Assembly: GCA_963808235.1 (NCBI GenBank) | Contig: CAWEEQ010000004.1 | Coordinates: 1,600,001 to 1,664,000, forward strand | Length of the DNA: 64,000 nt | Source of the DNA: an uncultured delta proteobacterium | GTDB lineage: Bacteria > Desulfobacterota > Binatia > Binatales > Binataceae | Direction of reading: 5' to 3' | In this document: piece by piece, positions 59,455-64,000 of the stretch | Layout of the letters: every line of letters begins with the position of its first letter | Numbering within the stretch: position 1 is the stretch's first letter | Translations under genes and position numbers: made by a program | The notes under the pieces: generated by a model | Database searches by the model: none | Seen by the model: only the letters and a program-made list of their open reading frames with translations | What the model was told of the DNA's origin: nothing

Positions 59455-60756
59455 CTACGCAGTCCCTTCGCGTCTAATCGACGCGCGAACCACGACCCCA
59501 AGCGGGCTGCCGTCCGGCGCGTCTCTGAGGACTGGAAGGTCAGCCGGATCCGTATGTACTTGAGGGATGGCGGACGAGCCGCCGAGCATCCGCAATACCG
59601 CTTGCAGTACTGGCTCTGGCTTAATTCGCTGCATGCAGATGTTGTTGCCGTCGCAGGGAGGCTGATCGGCCTCGTAAAGGCACGGACTACAAAATACGGG
59701 CGAGTAGAAAATCGCGACGTTGGGCAATTCTTGACCGTAATGTTCCGGGTTTGCGGGCCCGAACAGGCATACCGTCGGGCGCTCCAATGCGATTGCGATG
59801 TGCATCGGTCCACTATCATTGGTAAGAACGCACGCGCTTCGGTCTAACAGCGCCAACAGCTCGCCCAGGCTCAGTCGTCCGGCGGTATTTGCCACCTTTG
59901 CCTGGACCTTCGCCGACAAGCGATCAAATAAACTCTGAACATACGGAAGCTCGCTGCCGGCTCCGATTAGCGCCACCTGATGGCCGAGCGAGACCAACCC
60001 AGTGATGACTTCGATTACATATTCGCCGGGCCATCGGCGCTCCAGCAATAAATCCGACGCGTTGGGGTTGACGACTATGTACGGGCGGTCCAACTGCCAT
60101 CCTGGATTCTGAGACAAGATGCCGGCGATGGACGATCGATCGGGATCCGCGATTCGAATCGGTCCGGTTTTCTCCGACATGCCGGGCGGGACTCCAGCCA
60201 CTCGTCCCAACTGAAGATACAACTGACGGACCGGCATCCGGGTGTTGAAGTACACCAGGTGCGTGTAGATGCCGTTCTTGAAGGCAAGGCTATGTCGGTA
60301 AAACCCGGCGCGGTTGCGCGTCACTGCCCAAAGTGCCAGCAACGACGCGAATGCGGAATAAACCTCAAGATCGAAGTACAGATCGGCACGCCGCCGAACC
60401 AGTCGCACAATGGTCTGAAGCGTGGTCACCGCCATGGCGAAGAGGTTTCGATCGTCGAGCGTTAGTATCTCGTCAACGCCGGATAGCCGCTCGACGAACT
60501 CCCGGTTCGATTGCATTGTCACGAACGTCAATCGGGCGTGCGGATATTGATCCTTCAGAGCTTTCAGCAACGGCGTGGCCTGGAGAATGCTCCCCATGCC
60601 GATGAGTTTCGCGACCACGATTCCGGTGACCCTCGAGGACGCAATCGAATGGTCTCTTCGCATCAGGGTGCCCAGTAGCCGGGCAACGCCGTTGAACAGA
60701 AAAGCGACCGGGGCCGCGATGATCCGGTCGGCAAGAATTCGTCCACGATGGGTCAT
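59455..60756 (-). CDS. Glycosyltransferase family 9 (heptosyltransferase-like)
   Basis: RRWP, TNDSGPMHIAIAL..TVCLFGP, CSPC..C. Confidence 0.9.
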   Translation of the reverse strand: MTHRGRILADRIIAAPVAFLFNGVARLLGTLMRRDHSIASSRVTGIVVAKLIGMGSILQATPLLKALKDQYPHARLTFVTMQSNREFVERLSGVDEILTLDDRNLFAMAVTTLQTIVRLVRRRADLYFDLEVYSAFASLLALWAVTRNRAGFYRHSLAFKNGIYTHLVYFNTRMPVRQLYLQLGRVAGVPPGMSEKTGPIRIADPDRSSIAGILSQNPGWQLDRPYIVVNPNASDLLLERRWPGEYVIEVITGLVSLGHQVALIGAGSELPYVQSLFDRLSAKVQAKVANTAGRLSLGELLALLDRSACVLTNDSGPMHIAIALERPTVCLFGPANPEHYGQELPNVAIFYSPVFCSPCLYEADQPPCDGNNICMQRIKPEPVLQAVLRMLGGSSAIPQVHTDPADLPVLRDAPDGSPLGVVVRASIRREGTA

Positions 60757-60952
60757 GGCCTCAGCACCACCGCCCTCTCACGTCGCGTTCCCCGTTCCGG
60801 CGTCGCGCGTCGTCAGGCCGCCACAATATATTTTCGCTCCTTTCAAGACCACACCTGCGCGCGGATGAAAGCGAGGGGTCGGTTGTCGCAACGGATTGTC
60901 GATCGGAAGCTTGTCCCGACCGACAATTCATCTGCCGATAAGCGGAGATTTT

Positions 60953-61028
60953 TGGAGGCGGCGATCGGATTCGAACCGATGCATGGAGGTTTTGCAGACC
61001 TCTCCCTTAACCACTTGGGTACGCCGCC
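60953..61028 (-). tRNA. tRNA-Cys(GCA)
   Basis: GGCGGCG acceptor stem, GAGGT-CTGCAAA-ACCTC anticodon arm, GGTTCGAATCC T arm, encoded CCA; 76 nt. Confidence 0.97.
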
Positions 61029-61106
61029 CTGGCGCCTGGGTGTGATCGCGCGACCGGACCCAATCAAATATCACGCGCGGGAAAGGCCATCAATTAAGCT
61101 GAACAA

Positions 61107-63539
61107 TCAAAGTGCGGGCTGAACGTAGCGAAAGGCTTTCAGCGCGACGCGGACCCGCTCCGCTTCCGCAAGCATGGAAGCAACCGCCGCCTTCATTCCG
61201 TCGTGATGCCCGCCGTCGATATCTTCGCCGCGGACCCGGTCTTCTATCGCCGCGCACAACTGCATCAGATGCGCCGCCCCAAAGTGACCGCTGCTGCCCT
61301 TGAGCGCATGTGCGGTCGCCGCCAGTCCGGCATTGTCGTCACGGTCCATCTGCAGCCCGGCTGCGCGAACGCGCTCGCTCATGTCGGCGAGAAACACTTC
61401 GATGATGTTGGCGACAAATTCTGCGCCCGATTCGTCGCTGGCCGCGAACTCGGAAAGCGCGCGCATATCGATCGCGCAGGCGCTCGGTGTCTCAGCCGTC
61501 GGGTCAATTGCGGTTACATCGCGGGCGCCAGTTGGCACCAGCCATCGCGCGAACGTCTGTGCGAGCGCCTCGGCCTGCAGAGGTTTGCTCAGATAATCGT
61601 CCATGCCCGCGTTCAGGCATTTTTGACGATCGTCGTGGAGCGCATTTGCGGTGAGGCCGACGATAATGATCCTGCGCTCCCGAAATTCGCTGCGGATCGC
61701 TCGCGTCGCGGCATAGCCGTCCATATCGGGCATCTGGCAGTCCATCAGGATGAAGTCGTAGTCGCGCTGACGAAGAGCCGCCACGGCCTCGAGACCAGTA
61801 ACGACACTATCGGCGCGGTAGCCCAGTCTTTCCAGCATTTTGAGAACTACGCGTTGATTCACCGGATGATCGTCGACCGAGAGAATACGCGCGCGGATGC
61901 GAACGTCAGCCGAAACCTCCGGCGACAGTTGATTCAGCGAGATCGGCGCTGCGGGGCGATTCGATGACGCCCGCGGAGCCTCGCCGCTCTGCGGAGCGGA
62001 CTCCGTTAGACAATCGAAGAGCTGCGTTTGACGTATCGGCTTCGAGATCCACGAACGGAATCCAGCTCGTCGCAATGCCGCATCGTCAGGTCGATGCCCG
62101 AGTTTGTGAATCGCAATCAGCGCAGTCGCTTGCAGTTTTGGATCGGCACGGATCGAGCGGGCCAGACCGATTCCATCTAGTTCGCCGTGATCGAGGTCTA
62201 TCAGCGCGCAGTCGAAATGATTCGGCGTCGAATGTCCGCGGGCGAGAACCTCGAGCGCTTCCGAGCTGGTCGGCGCGACTTCGCATCCAAGCCCCCACGC
62301 GCCAAACTGGCGGCACATCCACTGCGCGGTTGCACTATTCGGGTCGACGACCAGCACCCGTTTTCCGCGTAGATGCGCTCGCGCCTGCGCCTCGGTCTCG
62401 ACACCGGCGGCTGGTTTGCGAAACCTGGCGCTGAACGAAAATGAGGATCCATTTCCGGGCACGCTCTCGGCTTTCAGCTCTCCGCCCATCAGCTCGACGA
62501 TTTGCGCCGAGATTGCCAGCCCGAGGCCGGTGCCGCCGTGACGCCGGGTGGTGGCCGAATCGACTTGATAGAACGCATCGAAGATCCGGCTCAGAAGTTC
62601 GGGCGAAATACCGGGACCGGTGTCGCTGATTGCGAAATGCAGCACCACCTCGTCTGCGCTTTCGCTTTCCCGGCGGGCCAGCAACGTGACTTCGCCGCGC
62701 TCGGTGAACTTGACCGCGTTGCCGACAAGATTGGTGAGGATTTGGCGGAGCCTTCCAGAATCGCCGAGCAGACTCACCGGCATGTCGCCGTCGATCATCG
62801 ATACAAGCCGCAGGTCCGGGCCCTGGCAACGCCCGGCGAACAGTTCGAGTACGCTTTCAAGCACGGCGGTCGGCCGAAATTCGCAGTCGTGCAAGGTGAG
62901 TTTGTCGGAAGAGACTTTCGAGAAGTCCAGGATGTCGTTTATGATCGCGAGCAGCGCACGGCCGCTGGACCAAACGGTGTCCGCGAGCTCGCGCTGTTCG
63001 GTGTCGAGTTCCGTGTCGAGCAGCAGCTCGGTCATCCCGATTATCGCGTTCATCGGGGTGCGTATTTCGTGGCTCATGGTGGCGAGGAATGCGGACTTCT
63101 GCCTGGACGCTTCGAGAGCCCCGTCGCGCGCCGTTGCGAGTTCGTGCTCGGTACGTTTTCGCTCGATCGCATAGGTCAACGAGCGCGCCAACAGGCGGCT
63201 GTCGAACTGACCCTTGACCAGGTAGTCTTGCGCGCCAACCTTCGCCAGCGCGCGGCTGAACTCCTCGTCGTCGAGGCCGGTCAGCACGACGATTGGAGTT
63301 CGCGAGATTGCCGCGGTAATTCGATCCACAGTTTCCCGCATTGGACAGTCGGGAAGCGACAGGTCGAGGAGCACAGCGTCAAAATTGTCGGTAACGATAG
63401 CTTTGAGGGCTTCGCTCAGGCTCGCGACGGCGCGGACCTGGAATCGGACGCGATGGCTCTCGGCCAGCGCGAGTTCCACCAACCGCGCGTCGCCGGGGTT
63501 GTCCTCGACCAGCAGAACTTTTATCGGCGCGTCAGGCAT
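61107..63539 (-). CDS. Hybrid histidine kinase (REC-HisKA-HATPase-REC-REC-Hpt)
   Basis: [37 protein letters not shown]. Confidence 0.95.
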   Translation of the reverse strand: MPDAPIKVLLVEDNPGDARLVELALAESHRVRFQVRAVASLSEALKAIVTDNFDAVLLDLSLPDCPMRETVDRITAAISRTPIVVLTGLDDEEFSRALAKVGAQDYLVKGQFDSRLLARSLTYAIERKRTEHELATARDGALEASRQKSAFLATMSHEIRTPMNAIIGMTELLLDTELDTEQRELADTVWSSGRALLAIINDILDFSKVSSDKLTLHDCEFRPTAVLESVLELFAGRCQGPDLRLVSMIDGDMPVSLLGDSGRLRQILTNLVGNAVKFTERGEVTLLARRESESADEVVLHFAISDTGPGISPELLSRIFDAFYQVDSATTRRHGGTGLGLAISAQIVELMGGELKAESVPGNGSSFSFSARFRKPAAGVETEAQARAHLRGKRVLVVDPNSATAQWMCRQFGAWGLGCEVAPTSSEALEVLARGHSTPNHFDCALIDLDHGELDGIGLARSIRADPKLQATALIAIHKLGHRPDDAALRRAGFRSWISKPIRQTQLFDCLTESAPQSGEAPRASSNRPAAPISLNQLSPEVSADVRIRARILSVDDHPVNQRVVLKMLERLGYRADSVVTGLEAVAALRQRDYDFILMDCQMPDMDGYAATRAIRSEFRERRIIIVGLTANALHDDRQKCLNAGMDDYLSKPLQAEALAQTFARWLVPTGARDVTAIDPTAETPSACAIDMRALSEFAASDESGAEFVANIIEVFLADMSERVRAAGLQMDRDDNAGLAATAHALKGSSGHFGAAHLMQLCAAIEDRVRGEDIDGGHHDGMKAAVASMLAEAERVRVALKAFRYVQPAL

Positions 63540-63546
63540 CGGCGCT

Positions 63547-63969
63547 TCACTCGGGCGGCAGCTTCACCATCGTAAGCCAGAAATTCTGAATTTCGGTCAC
63601 CACGGCGGTGAATTGCATCAGATCGACCGGCTTTACGATGTAGCAGTTGGCCTGCAGATTGTAGCTCTTCAAAACGTCGGATTCGGCTGAGGATGTGGTC
63701 AGGATCACCACCGGGATCCGCTTCAAGTCAGCGTCATCTTTTAGTTCGGCCAGTACCGCTCGCCCGTCTTTTTTTGGCAGATTAAGATCGAGCAGGATGA
63801 TATCGGGCCGAAACGCGTCGGCGAATTTGCCCCTGCGATGCAGGTAGTCGAGCGCCTCGACTCCGTCCGAGGCGACTGCCAGACGATTGCGCACCTTGCC
63901 TTCCTTGAGGACTTCGACGGTCAGCCTGACATCTCCTGGATTATCCTCGACCAGTAGTATGTCCACCAT
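63547..63969 (-). CDS. Single-domain response regulator (Rcp1-like)
   Basis: [27 protein letters not shown]; AGGAG RBS before ATG 63969. Confidence 0.92.
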   Translation of the reverse strand: MVDILLVEDNPGDVRLTVEVLKEGKVRNRLAVASDGVEALDYLHRRGKFADAFRPDIILLDLNLPKKDGRAVLAELKDDADLKRIPVVILTTSSAESDVLKSYNLQANCYIVKPVDLMQFTAVVTEIQNFWLTMVKLPPE

Positions 63970-64000
63970 CTCTCCTTTAAATGCTTGACCCATCTGCCAC

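Overview
High-GC bacterial chromosomal window. Gene content and codon style suggest a soil Desulfobacterota/Binatia-like organism, but that is inference. Most of it is core genome: pdaD-type arginine decarboxylase, MacAB-like exporter with three permeases, nadA-nrtR, a sigma54 two-component system, tyrS, pth, hisC, cutA, an AsmA-like gene, typA, tkt-tal/pgi-pgl, fabF-fabH, a B12 mutase, tRNA-Cys and a hybrid kinase. The main accessory feature is a visibly AT-richer four-gene minus-strand operon (4369-9184), bracketed by clusters of REP/MITE-like palindromes. It encodes a HIT hydrolase, a membrane protein, an orphan Dam-type adenine methylase and an 890-aa fusion of two PEP-synthase-type ATP-grasp domains, a phospho-His swivel domain and a MazG-like NTP pyrophosphatase. 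I propose it as a candidate nucleotide-based anti-phage system. A second ~3.4 kb islet sits between two copies of the 3' end of an ArsA-like gene. Other observations: duplicated sigma54-driven secreted proteins, several dispersed repeat families, a B12 mutase with atypical active-site motifs, and a cluster of single-base frameshifts (36.7-48.2 kb) that are probably sequencing errors. All calls come from reading motifs by eye; no searches were run.
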